Of a stretch of 64,000 nt of DNA, positions 38,188 through 50,516 are shown piece by piece (the stretch's first letter is position 1; each line of letters opens with the position of its first letter). Source of the DNA: Callorhinchus milii (Eukaryota); contig NW_024704742.1 in the NCBI RefSeq assembly GCF_018977255.1, positions 131,380,001-131,444,000 on the forward strand. The letters run 5' to 3'. Made by a program: the position numbers and the translations under genes. The notes beneath the pieces are model-generated. The model ran no database searches and was not told where the DNA came from. It saw only the letters and a program-made list of their open reading frames with translations.

Positions 38188-41100
38188 TGGGTTTCTCTTT
38201 GACAGGAATATTTAGAGGCAGATTTGTTATTTATAGCACGTTACTGAAGTCCCTGTATTGCTGTGTTGGAGTGGGATGGCTGGTGTCAGCGGGATGGGGG
38301 TAGGAGGAGGTTTAAAGAGGGAAGAAGAGGAGAGAAGAGAGGCAAGGATTTTTAAAAAATGGATAGATAAGACACTCGAGCCAAACCCTGAATAAAGGTT
38401 GTTTATTTTCATACTTTTAACCTAATTAACGCAATGACAGCTGCCTTCTTTCTCATGAATAAAACATGCACGATCTATGATGACCATGAAATATTAATGG
38501 GGATTTTTTTTCTCTAAAAAGTATTTTTTTTGTTACAACATCATTGGTTTCATAATTATGTAATGTATAAATGTAACACTTGGGATCAATGAGCTAATTT
38601 TGGTGCTTTCAAGTGTAGAGCATCACTCGCCCACTCTCTCCCTCTCTCGCCTCCCCTTCCCTCCCTCAAACCACTGTGGTTGTGGAAGGGAAGAGTTAAC
38701 AACACGACAGCCATCACTGGCAGACTGATCCCCAGAGTGAGATTTATCCACTGATGGCTTGGCTCATCACTGTGACCTCTGTAAATAATTCGCTAGGCAA
38801 AATTACACACCAAAACCTAACGGCACTTGCTATCTGTGGAGATGAATCCCTTCCATCAACAACAAAATTACATATGGCGCCTTTCACATCAGGAGGATGT
38901 CCCAACATCACATCTCTCCCTACATGCCATTTGGAGGTGGGGGGTGGGTGAGGGTGAGGGGGGAGAATGATGGCCCAAACACAGGGAAATTTCCACGCGT
39001 GTGTGTAGCATGTCACGTGTGGAACTCTCAGTCTGCTTCGTATGCTCTTAAATTCAGCGATGGGTTTCCGTATGTGTTGGATTAAAAAAAACACCCGATT
39101 GTGCGTTAAAGATTTCTATTCCAAAGCTCCATCCTCTGTTCCATCTTCATCCAAAAAATTCTGAACAGCAGCCAGTAGAGGCTTGCAATTCCCCCTCGTT
39201 CTAGCTCAATCGTGCGGAACTGTGGAAATTCTTAAAACTCAGAATTTATTTGGGAAGCTGCTTCCTTTTTGAGGAACTGCGGAAAAAACAGCTGTCAAAC
39301 CGGATTCTGGGTTGAAGAATTCTCCGTAAATCTCTGCACCATCTTAAAATCCTTAAGATAACAAGTCTTACAGACAAAGACCATAAGAAATTAACTTCCT
39401 CTGATCTGATCTATCTATTCCCATAAGTAAATAAATAATTGAATGAATGAGACTTTGGTGTGTTTATATATATATATATATATATTATATACTAGCTGTA
39501 CCCGTTGCAACCAAAGGATCCAGTATGGAATGTAGATTGACACACAGACAAACACACTAACACACGATGCCACAGTACCCCTCAGCATCCACCAGGTGTA
39601 ATTGCAGCGAATCCCGCAAAACTGAATTAACTCATGAACAATAGAGATACACAAAAACAAATATGCCCATGTCACTCCTAGTTGCAAGTCCTTTCCGATG
39701 AGGTATAAATCATGTCTCTACATCAATCAATTATTGAGATCCTTCTTGAAGCGCAGACAGACATTGTCGTTTTATCAGTATAGATAGAAGAAGATATATA
39801 AATCCCATCTTCCCGTCTATAGCTCACGTTGTTTTGTTTATCGCAGTAGGAATAATAAAGTTCAGAAAGACCACAGTGTGAGTAAACATTTGGGGACGCA
39901 ATCTTTATTTTATAAGTGCAATGAAGTTGTGAATGCATTTTGCAACAGAAAATATTGTCATGGTGCACTGGCTGTTATGTGTTATGCAAGGGGAATAATA
40001 CAGGGGATCTGGGGAACCTCAGTCTTTTGGACTTTCCTTTACCACCTACATTCCCTTATCCCTGACCTCTCACCTCCTCAACCTTGACTTCCTGCCCCCC
40101 CCCACCATGCCCTAATCCTCAACCGCTTCACCTCACCACCCCATTCCCCAACCCACTCTGGACTTTTGGACTCTGGACTACTTCTGAAAAAAATAACGCA
40201 TTTACTACTCTAGGGAAATGCTTGTTTATCATAACGGCACTATCATTGGTCAACTATTTAACCATTAATGGATTAAATGACTGGTTAAAAGAGAAGTAAG
40301 AAGTACAAGGGTGTAATCGTCGTCTGAGAAAGTGAGGCAGCTATAAAGAGTTAAATTGTTTACTGGGCAACTCAACGTGCCAGTGCTGTATATTAATTAT
40401 AAGGCAACCATATTGCCGTGCTAAATAACCCTCAGAATGAAGGGGTTAAATACTATAAATAATCCTTGCATTTGATATAGCTCCTTATCACGTCGTTGAG
40501 ACGTGTCAAAGCGCTTCACAGAATATATTATAAAGTGAATTGACTGTATATTTTATGGGGTTCTGCACAGTTAGTGCACCCAATCCAGCAACTTAAAGTA
40601 AGATTCTTGCTAATTCCTTTATTGGTTGCAAGTTGTTTCAAGAGCTCTACTTCCCACTATTTGTCTGCCAAATGTAACCACGTGAAGCTGAAATGTTGGT
40701 TAAGCGATTGCATTTGTCCCGTGGGCTTCAACGGACAGCATTCACCGTGTAGGCAGGATTCGCAAGTCTGCTGTTTGTTTACCATTGCAATAAAAGTATT
40801 AATAGTCCTTGCATTTGATGTAGCACCTTTCACGTTGGGAGGTGTCTTAAAATGCATCACAGGATTTACTGTGAAGTGCAGTGGTTGTGCATTTTGTAGG
40901 CAGACAGCCAACATGTACACAACACTGTCCCACAAGCAGCCACAAAGTGAATGCTCAGTTTTATTTGGGGGATTGTCGGCCAGGACACTGGGAGAAACTC
41001 CTTTTACTTTACAAATAGTGGCCATATAAAGCTACCATGCAGGAAAATACCACAAAAACAACACCAATTTACATTTATGCAACGTCTCTCACATCAGGAG

Positions 41101-41499
41101 GATGCCTCAAAGTGTTGCACACAACTGAGGTGGAGCAAGCTGGGGTGGGAATGATAGTGAAGAGGGGAGAGGACTGGGAAGGGGAGGGTAAAAGTGATCA
41201 AAAGCACAGTCGAAGAGAAAGGTTTTAACACCGGTTTTCAAACGAGGAGAGAGAGGGAGACTAAGCACAATTTCCATGCCGTGCTTGTAATGTGATATCG
41301 TTGTTCATGAAAATGCCTGCTCTTTGCCTGGTGCTTCTGAGGTGAATTTGTGAAGGCATTGGAGAACTAGCTGTTGTAAATAACAACAATGATCTTAATA
41401 ATAATCCTTGCATTCGATACAGCACCTTACCACGTTGTCGAGACGTCTCAAAGAGCTTCTCAGAATAGGCTGTAAAGTGGATATTTCTGTGGGCGGAAT

Positions 41500-42150
41500 G
41501 AAATAACCCTTGCATTTGGTATAGCGCCCTTCATGTCGGGAGCACATATCAAAGGTCTTCACAGGATTGCACTGTAAAGTCTAGTGACTGTATACTGTAC
41601 GTGAATGTGGCAGACAATTTGTACACAGCGCTCCACCAGAAACAATCATGGAGTGAATGACCAATTTTATCTGGGAAACTGAAATAAAAACAGAAGTCGC
41701 TGGGAGCACTCAGCAGGTCAGGCAGCAGCTATGGAGAGAAGGAAGTCATCAACCTGAAATATTAACTCACTTTCCTCTCTTCATTTTTACATGCTGCCTG
41801 ACCTGCTGAGTGTTCCCAGCCACTTCTGTTTCTATTTCAGATTTCCAGCATCTATAATAAATAATAATAATCCTTGCATTTGATATAGTGCTTTTCACAT
41901 CTTCTAGATGTCTCAAAGCACTTCACAGAATACACTGTAAAGTGAATTGACTATACATTTGTGGGTGAAACGCGGCAGCCAATTGCACACAGCAGCAGTA
42001 GTATTCTGCTGCTTGTTTATCTGGGAAACTGTTGGCCAGGACACTGGGCGAAACTCCCTTCACCACAGGATCTTCAACGTCCACTTGAACAAGCAAACGG
42101 GACCTTGGTTTAATGTCTCATCCAATGACGATACCTCTGACAATGTGACA
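41500..42150 (-). mobile_element. SINE family B split by nested insertions
   Basis: 3' half at 41500-41681; core resumes at 42016. Confidence 0.8.
41679..41853. mobile_element. Palindromic Penelope-like pLTR pair
   Basis: CTGAAATAAAAACAGAAGTCGCTGGGAGCACTCAGCAGGTCAGGCAGCA is inverted at TGCTGCCTGACCTGCTGAGTGTTCCCAGCCACTTCTGTTTCTATTTCAG. Confidence 0.75.
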
Positions 42151-42714
42151 TAATCTCATCAACACCACCCCACCCCCAGCGTCTTATTAGATAATAATAA
42201 TAATAATATAAGATAAACAGCAATCAGCATTTTCCCACTTTGCCTCAGGCAATCTACATTTCTCTTGCAGATTCCTGTGTCTCCTCCACTCGCTTTTCTT
42301 TGGAAAACAGGTCTTGCTCGCTCCCCTTTAAAAACTACAATCTGTCCATTTGCTCTTATATTTCCTAACAAACAGATACAGCACTCAACGGTAATTACTG
42401 TAAAGAGCTTCGAGACTGCTGGCTTGATGGGCTGTGCGATGAAAATGCAAGTTCTTTCTTTTTTAAAAAAACATTAAGGGGATATAGGGAGAGGGTTGGA
42501 ACGTGGGAATAATAATAAAATAATTAAAAAGGAAGAATTAGAAAAACAGGGAACAAAAGGACGTAATAGTTCCCTTCTGGACCGAAATTTTCTCTGCATC
42601 TCTCTGTCTTGATGCCTGGAATCTGAATCCCAATATCTGGCCAGTTCTGACTCTGTTGATAATCCCACTCCTCTGATCAGCACACTGCCTGATTCTTCTC
42701 TTTTGGTAGGTAAT

Positions 42715-42950
42715 GCGCGCACGCACATACATACACACACACATTCACACATACACACACACATTCACCCACACACACACAATCAGTCACCCCCCCACCA
42801 CACACACACACACACATACATACACACACAAACACACAAGACACAGTCAGTCACATCTCCCCTCCCCCCACACACATACATACATACAAACAAACACAGT
42901 CAGTCACCCCACTCCCCCCCCACACACACACACACAACACACACACAATA
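42715..42950. repeat. (CA)n-rich compound microsatellite with three ~55-65 bp units (CAGTCAC-C-run-CA-run)
   Basis: TCAGTCAC recurs at about 42783, 42847 and 42900; explains the His/Thr-rich ORFs. Confidence 0.85.
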
Positions 42951-44160
42951 CGGAAAGCACTGCAAGGAAAGCAGGAGGAAGGTTGCAAGCTCACAGCAGT
43001 GCCTGATGTTTACGGCAGTGCCGAGGCACTGAAATTCCACCTTCGCCTTAATTTTTAGACAACCCAAAAGTACCACGAAAAATTCCTCAAGTCGGACGCG
43101 ATTTGAAAGAACTGAGGAAAAGCAGCATCCAAATCAAGACTGAAGTTTAGAATTTTCCACTCTCCTGAACAATCTTGTATGTCTAAGACTTGGTGGAACT
43201 CCCAGTCTCTGGAACGTCAGCTTAATGCAGTAATAAATATACCTGTGTGTGATGTAAACGCCTTGGGATATTGAAACGTGTCCAAGTTCTTTATGCAGTG
43301 AGTTACTTTGAATTGCATTGACTCACGTGGGCAAACAGGCCAGTTAATCTGAAACAGTATTGCACCACAAAACACCATAGTGATGGATGATCAACTCTAT
43401 CACCTACCCATCAAAGCTTCATGCTGTTTCCTAAATCGAGTTCAGCATCTTGACCTCATTGCCCTTTCCTGGTAATATGTCCCAACTGTTAATTACCTTC
43501 TGGATAAAGAAATATTTCCTGGTATATATTCAGAAATGGCTCTCTGCAACCTTAAATCCTGTGTCCTTTTTCTCTGCTGCCTTGTCGGATCTTAAAAGTA
43601 TCGTTCTTGGTATGTTTTCTGCATCACAAGTAAGAATTCCTCACACTTGCCTATTTTAATAATAATATTATTGAAGGTATTGAAGATCCAAGCTGGATGT
43701 CAGCTAATATGTTAATATTAATAATAATTATAACTAATAATTGTTGCATTTGGTAGAGCGACCTTCACATCAAAGGATGACCCAAATCGCTTCACGGGAT
43801 ATACTATAAAGTGATGTGACTGTGTAAATTATATGAGCATATGTTAGTTTTCTCTCTTTTCTTTTCTCTCCATTCTTTTCAATCTTGGTGGGTTACTGCA
43901 CTTTGTACCTTGGCCCTTCACTTACTTACTGCTTTGCGCAATTGGCTGCCATCTTTCACCCACAATCAACTTTACAATCTATTCTGTGAAGCACTTTGAG
44001 ACATCTTAACTGCGTGATAAGACGATATATCGAAGGCAAGGATTATTATTATTATTATTTAACGATAATATATTTTTTAAAAAAGATATAATTCCAACAG
44101 CATTTCCTCTGGGTAGAAAAGATAAATAATTGCACACAACCAAAGTCTATTTTGTGGTAT

Positions 44161-44338
44161 TTAACAGATTTATTAATTAAGAAAACCAAGGGCAGACTCC
44201 TTGCAATAACTGGAAGTAGGTCACGCAAGTTACTGGGACTCGAGGGTAACCGGCTCTGACAATACAATTGAGTTGCAGTAACGTCCCCGTGAGTCAGTGT
44301 CACGGACTACTGGATTTCTTAATTAAGAAACCCGTTAA
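44161..44338. mobile_element. Short element with 29-bp imperfect terminal inverted repeats containing TTAATTAAGAAA
   Basis: Left TTAACAGATTTATTAATTAAGAAAACCAA vs reverse complement of right end TTAACGGGTTTCTTAATTAAGAAATCCAG, 24/29 identical. Confidence 0.65.
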
Positions 44339-44999
44339 GAAACACTGTAAAATCAGCACCGACATCTGAATGTCTCGCAGATCGGATATCAAAAAAAAAG
44401 TTCTTGTTTCCGCACTGAAGTGTGATTAACTGTTTGATGTATGCAGTGAAGTTTGGACAAATCAGCACACATTTTAGGGTTTAAAGCAAGGGTTAGTGGT
44501 TATGTAGCAGAGCTCGATCTACACGCTTCAATTTAATGCTATTGGTTCGTGCGTTTATGGCTTGCTGCTCCTGTCAAAACGCATCTCATTAGCCTGACAG
44601 CTAAATGAAATGGAAATTCATGTTTGAAATGTTTATCGGGCCTGGCAACTGGGTCTACATTAAGTCTTCTAAAAAAGAAAATCCTTAAATTAGTCATCTT
44701 CCTCATTATTTCATCTTCGATTCTGTCTGCTACCCTTTCCTCAAATCCTTTCTTGTCATCATTGATGTCCAAGCCTTCAGCCACCATAGTCATGCCCTCT
44801 GACATTCTCTTCCCAAATCTCGTTACAACGCAATACAAATTGATATTTATACAGCAGTTTTCACGTCAGGAGGACGTCCCAAAATGCTTAACAATGCTGG
44901 CTTGCCACCTGAGATGGGGGCGGAAGCCAGGCAGGGGAGGGGGAAGGAAAGAAAGATGACCGAAGATGCATTCAAAGAGGTAGGTCTTCATATGGACAT

Positions 45000-45300
45000 A
45001 GAGATACCAACAGTTGGAAGTATTGTGTCCAGATTTGGTCACCTCACCATAGGAAAGATGTTAGAGCCATAGAAAGGGTGGCAGACGAGATTCACAAGAA
45101 TGAACCATGGCCGAAAGAGGTTTCACATAAGGAAAGCTTAGAGAAACTAGGGTTGGTTCTCTAGAACAGAGAAGGCAGAGCCCTCATAGAGGTTTTCATC
45201 ATAACGAATGGTTTTGTTAAAGTAAATGGAGAAATTATTTCCAATGGCCGGTGAGCCAGTAACTAAAAGGTATAGCTTTATAGTAATTACTAAAAGATCA
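45000..45300 (+). mobile_element. CR1 LINE fragment
   Basis: Decayed P.LEYCVQ.WSP...E.L..LG..SLEQR segment. Confidence 0.7.
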
Positions 45301-45619
45301 TTACAATTTGGCCTGATTTTTCTCTCTCAAAAATCAACTGTGTGTCTTTTCTTTTTGACACAACAGAAACCCATCACGATGTTTAAGAGTATCCAAACAA
45401 AACAGAGTTCCACATGTGGATGTCACTTACACATAGTCATTTCTCTGGAATGGACTCACACTCTCTCTCTGGAGGAACGCACCCTGCTTACATAAATCCG
45501 GAAAGCATTACACAAAATTGGCAAAAGCCAAGCTTGGGGACCCCAGAACTTTGGTATTGCTGGAGTCTAACCAGCTAAAACATAAACATGGTATACATTT
45601 TTTACATTCACAAAATTTC

Positions 45620-45945
45620 TCCCTTTATATAAATGATCTAGATTTGGAATAAAGGACGACATTTCTAAGTTTGCAGATGACACGAAAACAGGAAGTGTAG
45701 CTAACAATGAAAAAGATGGTAGCAACTTCAGGGAGACATAGAGAGATGGGTTCATTAGGCAGAAAAATGACAAATGCAATTTAATGTGGACAAATGTGAG
45801 GTTATACATTTTGGGAGGAAGAATAAGGAGAATATGTAGTAAAGTATTAAAACATGCTGTATATATGTAGTATATTATATATTATGTATATTATACATAT
45901 TGTATACATGTAATAAAATATTAAAAGGAGTGAAAGAGCAAAGGG
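45620..45945 (+). mobile_element. CR1 LINE reverse-transcriptase fragment
   Basis: YINDLD...ISKFADDTK...QMQFNVDKCEVIHFGRKN, including the catalytic FADD motif; an AT-rich microsatellite interrupts it. Confidence 0.85.
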
Positions 45946-46199
45946 ACAATTTGGGGTTTGTTGGCCAGGACACTGGCAGAAACTCTCTTCTCTTTTCAGA
46001 GAGTATCAAGGGATCTTCACCATTTCAGCCGAACAGGTTTAAGACCTTATCCAAAGAACAACATTTCTAACAATTCAGTGCTTTCCTGGCATTGCACTGG
46101 AGTGTTAGTCTAGGCTAGAAGCTCAAAGGGACAATGTGGGGCTTGAACCCACAACCTTCCAATCCCGATGCAAGAATGCACCCAACCTAGGCAGGCTGA
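45945..46199 (-). mobile_element. SINE family B 5' part
   Basis: GTTGGCCAGGACAC...GGGGCTTGAACCCACAACCTTC. Confidence 0.75.
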
Positions 46200-46829
46200 A
46201 ATCAGGCACCCAACTGAAATCTTTTACACAATTGGCAAGTTGTTGCTTTTATGTCTTATTTTCACCCCTGAGATTGGGTTATAATAATAACAATAATAAT
46301 AATCCTTGCATTTGATATAGCGCCTTATCATGTCGTTGAGACGTCTCAGAGCATTTCACACAATATACTGTGAAATGAATTGACTGTATATTTTGTGGGC
46401 AAAATGCAGCAGCCAATATACCCGGAATTGTCCCACAAACAGTTGTGGATTGATATGAGGTGATAGAGACTGATCATGGAGAAATGTAGGCCTCTAGGGT
46501 TGATTATGACGCTAAGCCTTTTAAAGACCTGGGTAATTGCAGTTTTTAAGGTGCGATTAGTTGTTTTCCTTCAGATTTTCAGACGGACTCATTTTAATTG
46601 CCCTCCATCGTGGATTTTATTGATCAGTCTGAGGTGATTACAGAAAGGCCAGCACTGATAATATACATTTCCTGTCAGTTATCTGAACGGGAGCTTGCTT
46701 AGACATTCCAAAGCTGCATCAAGTGTTTAAAGGTAATGTCTTCACTTGGACTCTTTTTCCAAAAAAGTTCACACAAATATAGATCAGGAGTGAAACAATA
46801 AATGTCTACCCCCGAACAGTTTATGAATA

Positions 46830-47283
46830 GGTGTTAGCTTGGCTCTGTTGGTAGCATGCACGGCTTTGAATCAGAAGGTTGTGGATTCAGGACCCAGGTC
46901 GGGACTTTGACCTCAGAGTCCAAGCTGACACTCTATTGAAGCGCTAGGGGAGAGATTCAATGTCAGAGATGACGTCCTTTGGATGAGACATTAAACCTTT
47001 GTCCCATCTGCCTGTTCGAGTGGGCCCTAAAGGGGTCCATGGTGCTATTTGAAAAGAGAAGGGTTTCTCCTAGTGTCATGGCCAACAATCCCCCAGCTAA
47101 GGTCCCTCACTTCCCAACAGTCTGTGGGAAATTTGTGTAATCCCTCACTTCCCAACAGTCTGTGGGAAATTTGTGTGGGCAAATTGGATTGCCGCACTAG
47201 CCTACAAATATAGTCAATGACGTGCTTTGAGACGTCTTGATGACGTGATAAGGTGCTATATCAAATGCAAGGATTATTGTTAT
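46830..47283 (+). mobile_element. SINE family B, full length
   Basis: GTGTTAGCTTGGCTCTGTTGGTAGCA...TCAGAAGGTTGTGG head, core and tail. Confidence 0.85.
47103..47176 (+). repeat. Perfect 36-bp tandem duplication
   Basis: TCCCTCACTTCCCAACAGTCTGTGGGAAATTTGTGT at 47103-47138 and 47141-47176. Confidence 0.95.
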
Positions 47284-49242
47284 GCTGAAGCAGAATTCTT
47301 AATAGCATTTTAAAAAGGAACTGAATGAACACTTAAGGGCAAATGGGATAAAAGGCTTCGGGGAACAATCAATGGTGCGGGGAATGAGAAAGGGTGTGGG
47401 ATTAGAGCAAGTAGCTCCATTGGGGAGTTCTTGCCAGCGCAGGCACATGAGCTGAATGGCCCCTTCGATGCTGTGAATTTCCTAGGATTCAAGGACATCT
47501 CTACAGAGTAACAGTAGCGGTGAAACTGACATTCAGGCAGCGTTTGGATCCGAGCCATTTAGCCACTTGTAAGCACAACAATGAGTTTGGACAGTCAGGC
47601 GATTCATACAGTCCTGTAGAGGACTTTATAGTATATTCTGTGAAAGGCTTTGATTCATCTCAAAGACGTGATAACACACTATATCAAATGCAAGGATTAT
47701 TTTATTATTATTATTATACACTCGCCGTTTGGGTGACTGACCGGGCAGTTTGACTGGAATATACAAGAAGGGAACATGATAGAAATCAATGATCTCAGTT
47801 GACATTGCACAATCAGATGAAAGTACATGCTTCTCCTCACCCCTTCCAGCTCACCCAACATCCTCACCCAACACCCCACCTCCCCACACCATGACACCAT
47901 CAATGGCTGAGCCTGGGACTTCCTCCCTCTCCCCCTCTCCGCCCCCTCATTCTCTTGTCTTTAAATTCTGCCGAAAAACCTACCTCTTTGACCAGTTGTT
48001 GTTGTTTTAAATATTGCTTGCCCCCTACAAAGTACAGTTCTACACTTTACAGTATATTCCTGCGAAGCGGTATTGAGATGGATTTGTGAAAGACGCTGTA
48101 TCATACGCAAGGATTACTATTTCTTTTATTATGTATGACAACAACTTATTTCGCCCACAAAATATACAGCCAATTCACTTTACAGCATATCCGGTGACGC
48201 GCTTTGAGATGTTTTGACAACGTGATAAGGCGCTATATCAAATGCAAGGATTATTATTGTATTATCATTATTATTATCTATTGCAACAACTTGGGTGAAA
48301 ACTTTTCTTCGCAACGGAGAGATGAAATGTGGTGCGGTAATTGTGACGTTGTGGTCCTGGAGGTGTCCCACTTGATAAACTGGTTTGTGTGGGGGAGGGG
48401 TGGAAGACATCTCCACACACACTCTTCCCTCGTCACAAAAACCCATTGTATTGATGGTTGGTACCTTTAACTCTTCCTCGCAGTAGATCTCAGGATTTCA
48501 CTGCAAGCCTGAAACATACCAGCTTAACTCAACTTCACATAAGGCATTACTCACCCCGATGATTTATATAAATAAAGAGCAATTTGTTTTCCTTTTTGTA
48601 CCTTACGTTAGCTGTATGCAAAACCAATTGAGTGCTGTGGGATTTTCTGTTAGCACAGCAAACTGGTCAGCCACGGTATGGACTCATAGGCAGCTTCACG
48701 TTTCTCTCCAGGACCAGGTCAGTCAGGCTGTTTCGAAGCCAGACATTCTGCTAATTGACAAAATACTGTACATCTGCAGGGATTACTTAACTTATCACAT
48801 ACAGACAGTGCAATATATCAAATGTCAATAAAAATACAGCCCCTGCAGTCTAGTAAGCCAACAAAAATTGAATGCATAAAAATCACTGCCGTTGCCATTG
48901 CCATTGCCAGCCATGCAGTCTCACATAATTCTGTTCTTGAATTAACTTACACTATTTTATGCGGTCTTTGGAATGGCACAGTGATTTTAACTGGATGAAC
49001 TCAGTTAATAATACGCCTGTGGGTTTAACTATTAACTCTGCAAAAGCGTGCTTTGATGTTCACATCGTTTCCAATGTCTTCAATAGTTTCTATCGGGATG
49101 GTCTTAGGACAGATGTTTCTGAGGCTGTCACTCAATGAGTGGAGGTAGACTGCTTCCTAGATAGCACTAACATTGGGCTGATCAAAGGTTTGGTGTTGTC
49201 AATTTTCATGAAATGTATTGATTGTTAATTATTATTATTATT

Positions 49243-49599
49243 ATTAGCACTCGCCTCGCAAGTGATAAGATCTGGGTTCGATTCCCGGCAGGGCAAAACC
49301 TTAAGCAAGTTTCCTTACTCCACATACACATCTCTGTTTACCTAGCAGTAAGTAGAAACCCGCTTGTCAGACGATTGGCAGATCGCCTTTCCGGTGTAAT
49401 AATTCCTTAAAAAAAAATCAAATATAACGTGGTCACTCAATCCATGACTGTGTGTGGGACACTGCCGTATTTAATTGGCTGCTGCGTTTCACCCACAAAA
49501 CACACAGTCACTACACTTTACAGTGTAACCTGTGAAGCAGTTTGAGACGTCTCAAAGATGTGATGAAGCGCTATATCAAACGCAAGGATTATTATTATT
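49243..49599 (+). mobile_element. SINE family A, A-box end lost
   Basis: CACTCGCCTCGCAAG...GGTTCGATTCCCGGCAGGGC, body and tail. Confidence 0.9.
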
Positions 49600-49915
49600 G
49601 TTGTTGTTGTGCCTCTAACTTCCACTTCTAAATCAGTTGAATCATGGAATTACAGATTGTGAACAATTCACCCTTCATTAGGAAGCCTGTTCTTTTTCTG
49701 CATTTAGGATGTGAATGGCATCAGCGACTGGATAGCTGGCCATTTCTTTTCAGCACCTGATCAAGTCCAAAGGGCCAACTTCCAAGTCATCGGGTCGCTG
49801 CAATCAGGAACTAATGACCTAATAACCCACGAGTTGGCCGTTTTGTAGCTGTCAGCTTTCTGGGCACATTTTAAGTTTTGTGGTAAGTGAATCTTGGGGT
49901 CCACAACTATATATA

Positions 49916-50026
49916 CAGGGTGACCAAAAAGTCGTGATACCATTATAATGTCTAATAAGTATTAATGAAATTATGATAATTTCGGTTTAGATAACAGGGA
50001 CTTTTCATGACTTTTTGGTCACTCTG
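49916..50026. mobile_element. Tc1/mariner-type MITE (111 bp)
   Basis: 22-bp TIRs CAGGGTGACCAAAAAGTCGTGA / CAGAGTGACCAAAAAGTCATGA (20/22), flanked by TA at 49914-15 and 50027-28. Confidence 0.85.
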
Positions 50027-50154
50027 TAAAAGTGAAAGTTTATAATGTGATTCTACTGGTATTTTAAGAATTTTCAACAATTTTGCACAATCTTAAAGTT
50101 TAAGACAAAAACAATCCTACAGGATAAGACTATATGAAATTTCAATGCCTCAGA

Positions 50155-50516
50155 ATTTATGAGGGGTTCTGATAGAATAAATAAGGAGAAACTGTTTCCA
50201 CTGGCGGGTGGGTCGGTAACCAAAGGACACAGATTTAGATAATTGGCAAAAGAACCGAAGGGGAGAAGAGGAGATATTTTATGCAGCGAGTTGTTACGGT
50301 CTGGGATGCACTGCCTCAAAGGATGGTGGAGGCAGATTCAATAATAACTTTCAAAAGGGAATTGGCTAGGTATTTGAAAAGGAAAAATTTGCAGGGCTAT
50401 GGGGAAAGCGAAGGTGGGGGTGGGACTAATTGGATAGCACTTTCACTTTCAAAGTTCTGGCACAGGCACGATAGACTGAAGAGTCTGCTTTGTTGCTGTG
50501 AGATTCTATGATTCCA
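50155..50516 (+). mobile_element. CR1 LINE 3' end
   Basis: QRVVTVWDALPQRMVEADSIITFKRELARYLKRKNLQGYG; ATTCTATGATTC tail; same family as 16817-17300. Confidence 0.9.

Noticed and set aside
42703..43032. His/Thr-rich ORFs
   Set aside because: Translation of CA microsatellite
48753..48830. Loose hairpin carrying a miR-130/301-like seed (CAGTGCAAT)
   Set aside because: About 25-nt terminal loop, large asymmetric internal loop, and the rest of the sequence does not match the family as I recall it
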